Shown here piece after piece: positions 29,085 to 39,378 of a stretch of 64,000 nt of DNA. Every line of letters begins with the position of its first letter. The first letter of the stretch is position 1. Source of the stretch: Alphaproteobacteria bacterium (lineage in GTDB: Bacteria; Pseudomonadota; Alphaproteobacteria; GCA-2731375); assembly GCA_965232515.1 (NCBI GenBank), contig CBDDPY010000002.1:2080001-2144000 (forward strand). The letters are read 5' to 3'. The position numbers and the translations under genes were made by a program. Under the pieces are notes generated by a model that was not told the origin of the DNA, did no database searches, and was given only the letters and a program-made list of their open reading frames with translations.

Positions 29085-29188
29085 GGTACGAATTCCTTGC
29101 CTGGTCGGCCGCACGGGGCCGGTGTTGTCCGATGCTCCCAGACTTGGTCAGGACGACCGGTCCGTTCCAGCGAGTTCGCTTCATTTCG

Positions 29189-29207
29189 ACTTGAATTTCA
29201 TTCAAGT
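29189..29207. promoter_or_regulatory. palindromic operator upstream of the CmcJ-like gene (likely site for the adjacent LysR)
   Basis: ACTTGAAT-TTC-ATTCAAGT. Confidence 0.55.
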
Positions 29208-30121
29208 TAAGCGTTGGTGTTTACCCATTCCTCCGCGGTCTCGTTCAGCCAGCGCTCGACGCGACGGCCGGCCGCCGTCGGCGTCACATCGGCGGTGCGG
29301 CAGAGATAGTAGGCGGCGCCGGTCGGATCGGCCGCGCCGAAGGGCGCCACCAGACGGCCGCGGGCCAGCCAGTCGTCCACCACCGGCCGGCGTCCCATGG
29401 CGAGGCCGTGGCCGCTCTCGGCCACCTGCAGCGCCTGCTCGATAGCATCGAACACAATCAAGTCGCCGGGCGGCGGCGGCTTCAGCCCATGCGCCCGCGT
29501 CCATTCCTCCCAGTCGTCGGGAAAGTTGACCGTGGTGATGAACCGCACGCCTCGAAGGCTGGCCGCCGAGGGCGGCTTGCCGTCGAGGTCCAGATACCCC
29601 GGCGCGCAGACCGGCATGGCCGTTTCCGGCAGCAGAAACGTGGCCGCGATATCCGGCCAGTCGCCCTTGCCGTGGCGGATCGCCAGCTCGACCTGATCGC
29701 GCCGCAGGTCGACGACGCGCGTCGTCGTTACCAGCTGCAGGTCGATCTCGGCCTGCGTCCGCTCGAAGGCGCCGAGCCGCGGGATCAGCCAGGTCGCGGC
29801 CAGCGACGGCGGCAGCGTCAGGCGCACGATGGCTCGCCCGCTCGCCGGCAACAGGGCCTCGGTCGCCGCGTGGATCTGCTGCATCGCCGGCTCGATCTGC
29901 GCCAGATAGCGCCGGCCGGCATCCGTCAGCGTCGGCCGCCGTCCCGTCCGGTCGATCAGCGCGGTTTGGAGGAATTCCTCCAGCCGCCGCACCTGATGAC
30001 TGATCGCCGATTCCGTCAAGCCTAAGCTCTCCGCCGCGTCGCGATAGCGCTCATGTGTCGCCGCCGCATGAAATGCCCGCAAGGCCGCGAACGGCGGCAA
30101 GGTCAGCTTCCCTTTCGCCAT
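29207..30121 (-). CDS. LysR-family regulator (GcvA-like)
   Basis: LPPFAALRAFHAAA, AAESLGLTESAISHQVRRLEE, WLIPRL. Confidence 0.94.
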   Translation of the reverse strand: MAKGKLTLPPFAALRAFHAAATHERYRDAAESLGLTESAISHQVRRLEEFLQTALIDRTGRRPTLTDAGRRYLAQIEPAMQQIHAATEALLPASGRAIVRLTLPPSLAATWLIPRLGAFERTQAEIDLQLVTTTRVVDLRRDQVELAIRHGKGDWPDIAATFLLPETAMPVCAPGYLDLDGKPPSAASLRGVRFITTVNFPDDWEEWTRAHGLKPPPPGDLIVFDAIEQALQVAESGHGLAMGRRPVVDDWLARGRLVAPFGAADPTGAAYYLCRTADVTPTAAGRRVERWLNETAEEWVNTNA

Positions 30122-30168
30122 CCTCCGACCCTGCGGCAAAGGTGAAGGAAATTCAAGTCACTGGCATG

Positions 30169-31146
30169 TCAGGTCAGCACGACGATCTTGCCGCCGGCGA
30201 TGTTCGCTTCCATGGCGCGATGCGCCGCGACGATGTCGTCGAGTTCGTAGACGCGGCCGATCGGTGGACGGATCTCGCCAGCTTCGACTTGGTCGACGAA
30301 GGCCTGCAGCGGCGTTTGCAGGAACTCATCGACGCCGCCGGCATAGGTCGTCAGACCGACCGCGGTCGGGATCGCCGCCATGGGGCTGAAGTTTGCGATC
30401 TCCCACGCCCCGCCGACCATGCCGGTCATGCAGACCCGGCCCCCGGCGGCGGCGCAACGCAGCGAGTCCGCAAGCGTCGTCGTGCCGACCAGCTCCAGCA
30501 CCTTGTCGACGCCGCCAGGCGCCAGGTCACGAACGGCATCGGCGATCGCGCCATCGTCGATCACCACGTCATGGGCGCCGTTGGCCAGCAGTCGGTCGCC
30601 GCGGTCTTCATTCCGGGTCGTGGCCAAAACCCGGACGCCCTGTCGCCTCGCGATGTTTGCCGCCGCCAGGCCGACAGACGTGGTGCCGCCCCGGATCAAC
30701 AACGTCTCGCCATCGGCAATGCCGAGCGCATTGTTGAGCGAGCCCCACGCCGTCTGGACCATCTCGGGCAACGCGCCCAGAACCTCCCAGCCGAGCGACG
30801 ACCGCAGCCGGACCACCTGCCGCGCCGGCACCGCGACATATTCGGCATAGCCGCCGTCGAAGGCCCGGCCCATGCCGCCCATGGCCGTGGCCACGGTGTC
30901 GCCGGGCGCGAAGCCGCCGCCGGGGTCGCTGGCGACGCTGCCGACGGCTTCGATGCCGAGGATGCGCGGGAACCGCACATCGGGCGAGTGGCCCTGCCGG
31001 GTGAACAGCTCGGACCGGTTCAGGCCGAAGGCGCGCACCCGGATCAGGACCCAGCCCGGCCGCGGCGTCGGGATCGGGCGCTCTTCGATCGTCAGCACCT
31101 CGGGCCCGCCCGCCGAATGGATCACGACGGCCTTCATCGTGGACAT
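30169..31146 (-). CDS. MDR-family NADPH:quinone oxidoreductase-like protein
   Basis: AFGLNRSE, GIEAVG, DGGYAEY, RGGTTSVG, GKIVV. Confidence 0.92.
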   Translation of the reverse strand: MSTMKAVVIHSAGGPEVLTIEERPIPTPRPGWVLIRVRAFGLNRSELFTRQGHSPDVRFPRILGIEAVGSVASDPGGGFAPGDTVATAMGGMGRAFDGGYAEYVAVPARQVVRLRSSLGWEVLGALPEMVQTAWGSLNNALGIADGETLLIRGGTTSVGLAAANIARRQGVRVLATTRNEDRGDRLLANGAHDVVIDDGAIADAVRDLAPGGVDKVLELVGTTTLADSLRCAAAGGRVCMTGMVGGAWEIANFSPMAAIPTAVGLTTYAGGVDEFLQTPLQAFVDQVEAGEIRPPIGRVYELDDIVAAHRAMEANIAGGKIVVLT

Positions 31147-31178
31147 GGTTCGCGCCCTCTCCCAGACCGTCGACGACG

Positions 31179-31670
31179 TTATGGCCGGGCGGGCTCCGTC
31201 GTCGAGAAGGCATAACGCGCGATCTTCCAGGCGCCGTCCGCCCCCTTTGTCAGCACGAACAATTCCTGATTGGCGGCCGGGCTCGCGGCGCCGTTCGCCA
31301 GCACGGTGACGGTGCCCGCGGAGTTGGTCCGGGCAAACGCCCAGGTGTCGGAGATGGACACGATCTCGGCGATCTCGAAGTCGATGTCCAGGTCGATCGC
31401 GCCGAAGACCGCCGCGTAGGCTTGCCGCACCGCCTCGGCGCCGACGGCGGACGGATTGTTTTGCGGCATGAAGACGCCATCCACGGCGTAGAGCCGCATC
31501 ACGCCGCCAACGTCACCGGCGTTCAGCGCCGTCTCATAACGCTGCAAGAGATCCGCGATGGCGGCGCCATCGCCGTCGGCCACGGCTTGAATGGCCGGCG
31601 TCAACGAAGCGGCAAATAGGACAGCGGCAAGGCCGTGTTTCACCCGGGTCAGCATGATCCGATCCTCCAT
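31179..31670 (-). CDS. exported SnoaL/DUF4440 (NTF2-like) protein
   Basis: Signal peptide; YETALNAGD..LYA.DGVFMP; WKIARY. Confidence 0.85.
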   Translation of the reverse strand: MEDRIMLTRVKHGLAAVLFAASLTPAIQAVADGDGAAIADLLQRYETALNAGDVGGVMRLYAVDGVFMPQNNPSAVGAEAVRQAYAAVFGAIDLDIDFEIAEIVSISDTWAFARTNSAGTVTVLANGAASPAANQELFVLTKGADGAWKIARYAFSTTEPARP

Positions 31671-31763
31671 GTGTGCGGGTTTGATCGGATCGGATATGGC
31701 ATTATCCGGTGATTGGGATTAGTCATTAAAAATTGAATTTATTATCCCAAAATTGGAATTGTT

Positions 31764-32669
31764 ATGCAGGACCTGACGGCGATGGCGTTGTTCGTTCACG
31801 TCGTGGAGCAAGGCAGCTTCACGGCGGCGGCCAGTCATCTCGGCGCGCCGCTCTCGACCGTCAGCCGGCGCATCGCCGCGCTGGAGGCATCGCTCGGCGT
31901 CCGGCTGCTCGAACGCACCACGCGGTCGCTGCGGCTCACCGAGATCGGCGAGAGCTATTACGCGCACTGCCGGCGCGGTCTGCAGGAATTCGACAGCGCG
32001 AACCTGCTGGTGCGGAACCGGCAAAACGACGTCGCCGGCCTGTTGCGGATCTCGATCCCGCCCAACCTCGCCGAAGACCTGTTCGTCCCCGTCGTGAATG
32101 CCTTCCAGGCGGACTTCCCGAAGGCCCGCGTCTCGGTCTTCGTCACCGAGCGTCACGTCGATCTCATCGCCGACGGCATCGATCTGGCATTCCGCGTCGG
32201 CGAGCTCCGCGATAGCGGCCTGACGGCGCGACGGGTCGCCGAATTTCGACCGCGTCTCGTGGCCGCGCCCGCCTATCTGGCGACGCACGGCGCGCCGGCA
32301 TCACCGCAACAGCTTTCGCAGCACCGCATCGTCGCCTTCGGTGATGGACGCGCCGCCACGACCTGGCGCCTGACCGGCAGCCGGTCATCGGACACCGATG
32401 CCGCCGTCACCGTAAAGCTCGAGCCGGACCTGACGATGAACGACTACCGCGGCATTCTGCACGCCGTCCGGGCCGGCGCGGGCATCGCGGAGATCCCCGA
32501 TGTGATCTGCGCCGGATCTATCGACGCCGGCGATCTGATGCCGGTCCTCGACGGCTGGACCTTCGCGCCCGTCGACCTCACGGCGCTGCATGCCGGCAAC
32601 AGACACGCCTCCCGCCTGGTTCGCCTGTTCCTCGACGCCTGTATCACGGCCTTCAAACAACTGCCTTAG
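31764..32669 (+). CDS. LysR-family regulator (CrgA-like)
   Basis: GSFTAAA...STVSRRIAALEASLGVRLLERTTRSLRLT; divergent from the SnoaL-MDR pair. Confidence 0.95.
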   Translation: MQDLTAMALFVHVVEQGSFTAAASHLGAPLSTVSRRIAALEASLGVRLLERTTRSLRLTEIGESYYAHCRRGLQEFDSANLLVRNRQNDVAGLLRISIPPNLAEDLFVPVVNAFQADFPKARVSVFVTERHVDLIADGIDLAFRVGELRDSGLTARRVAEFRPRLVAAPAYLATHGAPASPQQLSQHRIVAFGDGRAATTWRLTGSRSSDTDAAVTVKLEPDLTMNDYRGILHAVRAGAGIAEIPDVICAGSIDAGDLMPVLDGWTFAPVDLTALHAGNRHASRLVRLFLDACITAFKQLP

Positions 32670-32681
32670 CCCCAAGCTTAC

Positions 32682-32727
32682 AGTTGTGTCATGAAACTCC
32701 ATCGACTAGCGTTTCAACATGAAACTC
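32682..32727. promoter_or_regulatory. HxlR-type operator repeats
   Basis: CATGAAACTC at 32690 and 32718; palindrome GTTTCA-ACA-TGAAAC overlaps the start codon. Confidence 0.6.
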
Positions 32728-33168
32728 ACGTCTTTCGAGGATTGGAACTGCTCGCTCGCCCAGACCATGAACGTGATCGGCGAGCGCTGGACCGTGCTGA
32801 TCCTGCGCGACGCCTTTTTCGGCGTGACGCGGTTCGACGACTTCCAGCAACGGCTCGGCATCGCCCGCAACATCCTGACGACGCGCCTCAAGCAGCTCAC
32901 CGATGAGGGCGTGTTGGCGCGCACGATCGGTGACCACGGCCGGCCGGAATACCGCCTGACCGACAAGGGCTACGAGCTGGTGCCGATCCTGCTCGCCATC
33001 GCGCAGTGGGGCGACAAGCACAAGCCGAACCCGAAAGGCGCGCGGGCGATCTTCGTCGACCGCAAGACCGGCAAGCGCATCCGGCGCATCGACATCCGCG
33101 CCACCGACGGCAGCAAGCTTCACCCGAGGGACATCACTTTCAAACGCGGCCCCGGCCTTTCCGCTTAG
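32719..33168 (+). CDS. HxlR-family regulator
   Basis: CSLAQTMNVIGERWTVLILRDAF.GVTRFDDFQ..LGIARNIL. Confidence 0.94.
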   Translation: MKLTSFEDWNCSLAQTMNVIGERWTVLILRDAFFGVTRFDDFQQRLGIARNILTTRLKQLTDEGVLARTIGDHGRPEYRLTDKGYELVPILLAIAQWGDKHKPNPKGARAIFVDRKTGKRIRRIDIRATDGSKLHPRDITFKRGPGLSA

Positions 33169-33180
33169 GGGACCCCCGAG

Positions 33181-34971
33181 ATGACCGCGGCTTACCCGAT
33201 CACCGATCACGACTACGACGTCGTCATCGTCGGGGCCGGCGGCGCGGGCTTGCGCGCGGCGGTCGGCATGGTCGAGGCCGGGCTGAAGACCGCTGTTGTC
33301 AGCAAGGTGTTCCCGACGCGCAGCCATACCGTCGCCGCCCAGGGCGGCATCTCGGCCGCGCTCGGCAATATGAGCGCGGACGACTGGCGCTGGCACATGT
33401 ACGACACCGTCAAGGGCTCGGACTGGCTCGGCGACCAGGACGCCATCGAGATCATGTGCCGTGACGCCATCCCCGCCGTGCTCGAGCTCGAGCATTTGGG
33501 CGTGCCCTTCTCCCGCACCGCGGCCGGCACGATCTATCAGCGCGCCTTCGGCGGCATGACCACGCGCTTCGGCGAGGGCATGGCGCAACGCACCTGCGCC
33601 GCGGCCGACCGCACCGGCCACGCCATCCTGCACACGCTCTATCAGGCGCTGCAGCAGCGGGCCGAATTCTTCATCGAATTCATCGCCCTCGATCTGCTCA
33701 TGGACCGCGACGCCAACGCCTGCCGCGGCGTCGTCGCCTGGAACCTGGACGACGGCGGCATCCATCGTTTCAACGCGCCGATGACGGTGCTGGCGACCGG
33801 CGGCTGCGGCCGGGTCTATTTCTCGACGACCCAGGCGCACACCTGCACCGGCGACGGCAACGCCATGGCGCTGCGCGCCGGCCTGCCGCTGCAGGACATG
33901 GAGTTCGTCCAGTTCCACCCCACAGGGATCTACGGCGCCGGCATGCTGATCACCGAGGGCGCGCGCGGCGAAGGCGGCTATCTCACCAACGCCGACGGCG
34001 AGCGCTTCATGGAACGCTACGCGCCGTCGGCCAGGGACCTCGCCAGCCGCGACGTGGTCAGCCGGGCGATGACCGTCGAGATCCGCGAGGGCCGCGGCCT
34101 CGGGCCCGAGCGCGATCACATCCACCTGCATCTCGAACACCTGGATCCGGCAATCGTCCGCGAGCGTTTGCCCGGCATCGCCGAGTCGGCCCGGATCTTC
34201 GCCGGCGTCGACGTAACGAAGGCGCCGATCCCGGTGCTGCCGACGTCGCACTACAACATGGGCGGCATCCCGACCAACCACCTGACCGAGGTGATCGATC
34301 CGACCGACGCAAACAAAGACCGGACGCTCGGCGGCCTGCTGGCGATCGGCGAAGCGGCCTGCGTCTCCGTGCACGGCGCCAACCGCTTGGGCTCCAATTC
34401 GCTTCTGGACCTGGTCGTGTTCGGCCGGGCCGCCGGCCGCCGGGCGGCCGAGCTGGTGCGGCCCGGCGCGGCGGTAAGGCGGGCGCCCGCGCATGAGACC
34501 GAGCGCGCGCTTACCCGCCTCGACCGATTCCGCCATGCGGGCGGCCCGTTGCCGGCCGCCGAGCTGCGGTTGGAGATGCAGCGCATCATGCAGACGGACT
34601 GCGGCATCTTCCGCGGCGGCGAATGGCTGCGGCAAGGCATCGCGCGCATGCGCCAGGTCTGGGCCAAGCGCGCCGACATCGGGCTCGGCGACCGCTCGCT
34701 GGTCTGGAACTCGGATCTGGTCGAGACGTTGGAGCTCGACAACCTGATGGCGCAAGCCGTCGCGATCCTGAGCGCGGCCGAGCACCGCACCGAAAGCCGC
34801 GGCGCGCACGCCCGCGAGGACTTCCCCGACCGCGACGACACCCAATGGCTGACGCACACCACCGTCCGGGTCGACGAATGGGGCGAATCCACCCTCGGCG
34901 ACCGGCCGGTGCGTCTCCACACCATGAGCAACGACGTCGAGCCCTTCCCGCCCAAGGCGCGGGTGTATTGA
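33181..34971 (+). CDS. sdhA: succinate dehydrogenase flavoprotein subunit-like (stand-alone copy)
   Basis: [16 protein letters not shown] (FAD-His), [45 protein letters not shown]-terminal PPKARVY. Confidence 0.92.
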   Translation: MTAAYPITDHDYDVVIVGAGGAGLRAAVGMVEAGLKTAVVSKVFPTRSHTVAAQGGISAALGNMSADDWRWHMYDTVKGSDWLGDQDAIEIMCRDAIPAVLELEHLGVPFSRTAAGTIYQRAFGGMTTRFGEGMAQRTCAAADRTGHAILHTLYQALQQRAEFFIEFIALDLLMDRDANACRGVVAWNLDDGGIHRFNAPMTVLATGGCGRVYFSTTQAHTCTGDGNAMALRAGLPLQDMEFVQFHPTGIYGAGMLITEGARGEGGYLTNADGERFMERYAPSARDLASRDVVSRAMTVEIREGRGLGPERDHIHLHLEHLDPAIVRERLPGIAESARIFAGVDVTKAPIPVLPTSHYNMGGIPTNHLTEVIDPTDANKDRTLGGLLAIGEAACVSVHGANRLGSNSLLDLVVFGRAAGRRAAELVRPGAAVRRAPAHETERALTRLDRFRHAGGPLPAAELRLEMQRIMQTDCGIFRGGEWLRQGIARMRQVWAKRADIGLGDRSLVWNSDLVETLELDNLMAQAVAILSAAEHRTESRGAHAREDFPDRDDTQWLTHTTVRVDEWGESTLGDRPVRLHTMSNDVEPFPPKARVY

Positions 34972-34986
34972 TCTGCGCCTACGCCG

Positions 34987-36363
34987 TCATTCCCGTTCAA
35001 GCGCCTCCGCAAACGCAGGATCGAGCGTCGCCGGGTCGATGCGCTCGGCCCAGGAGGTGACGGGGATCAGTTGACGCGTTGCGTCGTCGGGGTCGTTGGC
35101 GCGGACCGGGTTGACGAATTCCCAGACAATGTCGCCGTCGGCCGTCACCTCGAACAGCCGGCCGCCCACCGCCTCGGTGATCAGCGTGTTGCCGTTCGAC
35201 AGCCGTTGCTGCGCCGCCCGCACCTCGGAATCGAACGGCCTCTCGCGCGTGCCCCGGTACTGCCAGGTGATCTCCGACGTCATCGGATCGAAGGCGATCA
35301 CGCGCGAGCGACCGCCGGGCCCGAAATGGCCCAGATTGTCGAACAGCATGATCTCGCCGTTCGGCAGCACATCGGCGTCGTGCTGCGACATCCAGGGTCC
35401 GCGCAGGGCCCAGACGATCTGCTGCCGCTCCAGGTCCAGCACGGCGATCGTGTCCATGTCGCGGAACGAGAGCAGCACCTGGCCGGCTTTCGCGAACGGC
35501 AGCTTCGCCGCGGCCTCGGTGTCGATCACGTCGATCGAGTTGGTGTGCAGGAAGTCGTCGTCGTTGTACCACGAGCCCTTGTTGAGCAGCCGCGCATAGG
35601 GCGAGTTCACGAAGGCATCGATGATCGGCACGCGCTGCAGTTCCGCGCCGTCGGGCGACAGGACGACGACGGAATCGTCGATGCGCGGCATCGTCAGGTG
35701 CGGAAAGCCGTCATAGAGCTTGCGGCTGAATTCGTGCGTCAGCGCGTAGATCCGCCCGTCCGCGCCCACATCGACGTCATGGTGCGTGTGCTGCAGATAG
35801 GTCCAGAGCGGCTCGGACTCGGCGTTCAGCTTGACCAGGCCATAGCCCCAGGGCGAGTCGCCGGCGGCCACGTAGATCGCCAACAGGTCGCCGTTCGGAA
35901 ACAGATGCGCCTTGCGCCAGTACATGAAGTTGTCGGGCTGCGGGTCTTCGACGGCCGCGCTCTCGTTCCAGACCGCGCTGAACGGCAATCGCCATTCGTG
36001 CGCCACCTCGCCCGCCATCGTCACCAGCCGCGCATGCGTGCCGTCGCCGGACGTATAGAGCGTCAGGCCGGCCTGCGCCCGGGCCGGGTCGTGAATGGTG
36101 ACGCCGCGTTGGTCGCCGCGCGCCGGCACCCACAGATCGGTGCGGAACTCGTTCGGATAGTGGGTCTGCTTGGCGATCAGCGCCTGGCCGCCGCGATAGG
36201 CGTCGCCCAGATAGCGCGACGGAAACGACTCGTTCAGGATCACGAAAGCGCCGGCGACAAAGCTCAGGAACATCGCCGACAGCAGGAAGACGCCGAAGCC
36301 GATCCGCCCCGCGACCGATCCGGACGCTTCGGCATGCGCTGTCACCACCGCCTGACTGCTCAA
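34987..36363 (-). CDS. arylsulfotransferase (ASST)-family beta-propeller protein
   Basis: THHDV, FLHTNSI, QHDA, MLFDN, QRLSNGNTLITE; N-terminal TM; TTG start after AAGGAG. Confidence 0.88.
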   Translation of the reverse strand: MSSQAVVTAHAEASGSVAGRIGFGVFLLSAMFLSFVAGAFVILNESFPSRYLGDAYRGGQALIAKQTHYPNEFRTDLWVPARGDQRGVTIHDPARAQAGLTLYTSGDGTHARLVTMAGEVAHEWRLPFSAVWNESAAVEDPQPDNFMYWRKAHLFPNGDLLAIYVAAGDSPWGYGLVKLNAESEPLWTYLQHTHHDVDVGADGRIYALTHEFSRKLYDGFPHLTMPRIDDSVVVLSPDGAELQRVPIIDAFVNSPYARLLNKGSWYNDDDFLHTNSIDVIDTEAAAKLPFAKAGQVLLSFRDMDTIAVLDLERQQIVWALRGPWMSQHDADVLPNGEIMLFDNLGHFGPGGRSRVIAFDPMTSEITWQYRGTRERPFDSEVRAAQQRLSNGNTLITEAVGGRLFEVTADGDIVWEFVNPVRANDPDDATRQLIPVTSWAERIDPATLDPAFAEALERE

Positions 36364-36517
36364 GGGCTCGGCTCCTTCTCTCTTGGATTCGGCACGCCAT
36401 ACGGACCGTCGTCTCGAATACGTGCGCGCGTGTCGGCGGATGTAAAGCGGTCGATGTGAAGGAAAATCGTGACCGAAAAGGGAACGGGCAAATGACCGGC
36501 CGCCCGGCGGCCGGCGT

Positions 36518-37006
36518 TCAGGCGGACCGGTCGGCAGCTTCCGGCGGCCAGACGATCTCGAACCGCTCGAACACGGTCTCGATACTGTCGGACATCTCGA
36601 AGCCCTCGCGCGCGGCCTGCGCGGCGAAATAGGTGCGGTGGTTCGCCAGCCAGTCGGCGCGCGTCCGGTCCCCCTCGCCCTCGTCCCAGGCAAAGGCGTC
36701 GTCGACCTCGACCAACGGCTTCACCGTGATCTCGGTCGTGCGCCAGATACATCGCGGCTCGCCAAGGCTGTCGACAACGACCACGAAATCGCCCACCCGC
36801 GGCATCGGCTCGCGTCCCGGCCCATAGTCCCGCGCCAGCGACGCGGTCGCCCGCTTACGCCCCGCCAGCACGAGGTGGAGCAGCTCGTCCATCATTTCAG
36901 CCGTATCCCCGAACACCACCACCACATAGTCCGCGGTGTCCTCGCCACTGGCCGCGACGAACGCCTGCCAGAACCGATCCGTCGCCGGTGTCTTTGTCGG
37001 GCTCAA
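36518..37006 (-). CDS. ASCH-domain protein
   Basis: FGD...LVLAGRKRATAS, FAWDEGEGDRT...W...H..YF; TTG start after GGAGG. Confidence 0.9.
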   Translation of the reverse strand: MSPTKTPATDRFWQAFVAASGEDTADYVVVVFGDTAEMMDELLHLVLAGRKRATASLARDYGPGREPMPRVGDFVVVVDSLGEPRCIWRTTEITVKPLVEVDDAFAWDEGEGDRTRADWLANHRTYFAAQAAREGFEMSDSIETVFERFEIVWPPEAADRSA

Positions 37007-37104
37007 TTTCGGGTACCTCCCGCGGATAAGCATACGGACGCAATAGATTGTCCCCACACAGGGGCGGCGACAAGGGCTGCATTTCCGGTCGTCGCGACGG
37101 TTAA

Positions 37105-37153
37105 TGCAGCGCTGCATGGCGCTTATGCGGGCCCTCGGGTTCACGCCCGGCGG
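37105..37153 (+). promoter_or_regulatory. globin-upstream conserved motif, copy A
   Basis: 38/49 ungapped identity (hand count) to 49577-49625; overlaps palindrome ATGCAGCGCTGCAT. Confidence 0.7.
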
Positions 37154-37289
37154 ACGGAGCGGTATTGGAGCGCCCGTGGGGTGATGCCACGGGCCTGACA
37201 GGCGCACGGGCCGAGCGGCGAAACAACAGCAGTATCGCGTTTGGACTGAACCGCAGATCGAACTGCCAAGAAACCAAAGGACACCCGCT

Positions 37290-37700
37290 ATGACGCCCAA
37301 GCAAATCACACTCATTCAGGAGAGCCTCCGGAAGGTGCCGCCCGAGGCCGCCGCCGAGCTGTTCTACGACCGCCTGTTCACCCTGGACCCGGATCTGAAA
37401 CGCTTGTTCGTCGGCGACATGCGGGAGCAGGGCAGCAAGCTGATGTCGATGATCACCATCGTCGTTAACGGGCTGATGGATCTCGAACCGTTGCTGCCGA
37501 CGGTGCGGGCGCTGGGCGCGCGTCACGCCGGCTATGGCGTGAAGCCCGAGCACTACGACACCGTCGGCGACGCCCTGCTGTGGACGCTGGCCCAGGGCCT
37601 GGGCGACGACTTCACCGACGACGTCAAGCAGGCCTGGGCCGACGCCTACGGCCTCTTGTCCTCGACCATGATCCAGGCCTCGATGTCGAAGGCGGCCTGA
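37290..37700 (+). CDS. single-domain globin (flavohemoglobin/Vitreoscilla-type fold)
   Basis: FYDRLFTLDPDLKRLF, QGSKL, LGARHAGYGVKPEHY..VGDALL. Confidence 0.93.
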   Translation: MTPKQITLIQESLRKVPPEAAAELFYDRLFTLDPDLKRLFVGDMREQGSKLMSMITIVVNGLMDLEPLLPTVRALGARHAGYGVKPEHYDTVGDALLWTLAQGLGDDFTDDVKQAWADAYGLLSSTMIQASMSKAA

Positions 37701-37843
37701 CCGAAAATACCGGTCGCCGGTCGGGGCGCCGCCATGCGCGACCGCCCCGGCTCGGCCGCCGCCTTGGCTGATGGCGGCTGACCGGCGGCGTTGGCTTGCG
37801 CATACGAAACCGACGCCTCATCTTGCAGGATCCGGTTCTGTGC

Positions 37844-38638
37844 ATGGCGCCGGGGCAACTGGGCGAGGCGTTCGTGCAGTCCGGAAAGGACGTCATCGAG
37901 GTCGAAGGCCGCAAGACCGCCGTTGTCGTTAAGGGCGGCGGCGCGCCCGCCGTGGTGTTCATATCCGGCCTCGGCGACGGCATGTCATCCTGGACGCCGA
38001 TCCTTGGCCGGATCGCGGCGCGCACGACCGCCTTCGCCTACGACAGGCCGGGCTACGGTGAGAGCGCGCCGTGCAGGCATGGGCGCGCCGGCCGGGACGG
38101 CATCTTCGTCGCGCGTCATCTCAAGGCCAGCCTGACCGGCGCGGGCATCGCGCCGCCCTATGTCGTGGTCGGGCACTCGCTCGGCGGCCTCTATGCGCTC
38201 GGCTTCGCGAAGGCCTTCCCGAATGACATCGCGGGCCTGGTCCTGCTCGACATGCGCGCGCCGACTTATTCGCAAGCCTGCGCGGCCCACAGGTCCGTCC
38301 GCGCCGAAGCACCCTGGTACGCGACCCTGTTTCTGCCCGCGCACATGAAGGCCGAGATACACGGCGCCGCGATGGCCGAACAGCAGGCCCAGACGTTGGA
38401 AGAACTTGACGACATACCGGTCACGGTCGTCGCCGCCGCGAAACCCGATCCCGGCATCGACCGGGCCGTCTACGATCTCTGGCGGGACGAGCAGAAGAAG
38501 TTCGCCGACCGGCTCGCGGCCGGCAGGTTCGTCATCGCCGACGACTGCGCCCACGACATCCACAAGGACAATCCGGACCTCGTCGCGAACGAGATTCTGA
38601 CGGTCGTCGATATCGTCGCGGCCGCCCGGACGGCCTGA
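37844..38638 (+). CDS. alpha/beta hydrolase
   Basis: YDRPGYGES, VGHSLGG, HDIH; start uncertain. Confidence 0.88.
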   Translation: MAPGQLGEAFVQSGKDVIEVEGRKTAVVVKGGGAPAVVFISGLGDGMSSWTPILGRIAARTTAFAYDRPGYGESAPCRHGRAGRDGIFVARHLKASLTGAGIAPPYVVVGHSLGGLYALGFAKAFPNDIAGLVLLDMRAPTYSQACAAHRSVRAEAPWYATLFLPAHMKAEIHGAAMAEQQAQTLEELDDIPVTVVAAAKPDPGIDRAVYDLWRDEQKKFADRLAAGRFVIADDCAHDIHKDNPDLVANEILTVVDIVAAARTA

Positions 38639-38694
38639 GCGACGATCGCCCGGAAAGGCGACGCCGCCGTGCGCGGCGCGTATAGTGCTCGACC

Positions 38695-39141
38695 ATGACA
38701 GACTTCGAGGTGACCGGCCGGTGCCTGTGCGGCGCGGTCGTCTACCGCGTCACGGCGCCGGCGAAGCGCCTTGAGCATTGCCACTGCACCTATTGCCGGC
38801 ATGCGCACGGCGCGCTCTACGCGTCCGGCGCGCTGGTCGATGCGGCGCACTTCCATATCGATCGGGGCTCAGAGCACCTGAAGGCCTTCACCAGCACGCC
38901 CGGCAATCACCGCTGGTTCTGCGGCGGCTGCGGTTGTCACATCTACATGTCGGTCGACGACATACCCTCGGAAATCTATTACTGGGCCGCCTCGCTCGAC
39001 GCCGACATGCATCCCGGCCACCCGGAGAATTGCGAATGGCATCTCTTCGTTGGCTCCAAGGCGAGCTGGGACCGCTTCGACCAGTCACTGCCGACACACG
39101 ACGCCTACGCCGATCGGCCCCGCCCGGACGACGACGGCTGA
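38695..39141 (+). CDS. GFA-family protein
   Basis: GRCLCGAV, CHCTYCR, FCGGCG, HLFVGSKASW. Confidence 0.92.
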   Translation: MTDFEVTGRCLCGAVVYRVTAPAKRLEHCHCTYCRHAHGALYASGALVDAAHFHIDRGSEHLKAFTSTPGNHRWFCGGCGCHIYMSVDDIPSEIYYWAASLDADMHPGHPENCEWHLFVGSKASWDRFDQSLPTHDAYADRPRPDDDG

Positions 39142-39316
39142 CAGGTCCGCGACCTGCCAATGCGTACGCCATGTGCGCCGGCTCGGGCTTGCCGCCCGTC
39201 ACGCGGACCGGGCGGCGACCCATGTGAATGTCGGCCCTCGGCATAAACCCGCGCTTGGGGGCGTTCCGATGGCCGGCGCCTGTCGCGTCCGTCGCGGAGC
39301 TCGACAAGGCCATCAC

Positions 39317-39370
39317 TATGTACGGCGCGCACGATTTTCAACTTGACTATATGTGCGCAGCGCACATAAT
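39317..39370. promoter_or_regulatory. double GTGCG-N3-CGCAC operator/promoter cassette, copy 1
   Basis: Perfect palindrome TATGTGCGC-A-GCGCACATA (39350-39368) between TTGACT and CATAAT; inverted homolog of 42896-42946. Confidence 0.75.
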
Positions 39371-39378
39371 TATGGCCG

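Noticed and set aside
39142-39316. MarR pseudogene expected opposite the GNAT promoter cassette
   Set aside because: No MarR-like residues recognisable in the minus-strand frames I read; not annotated
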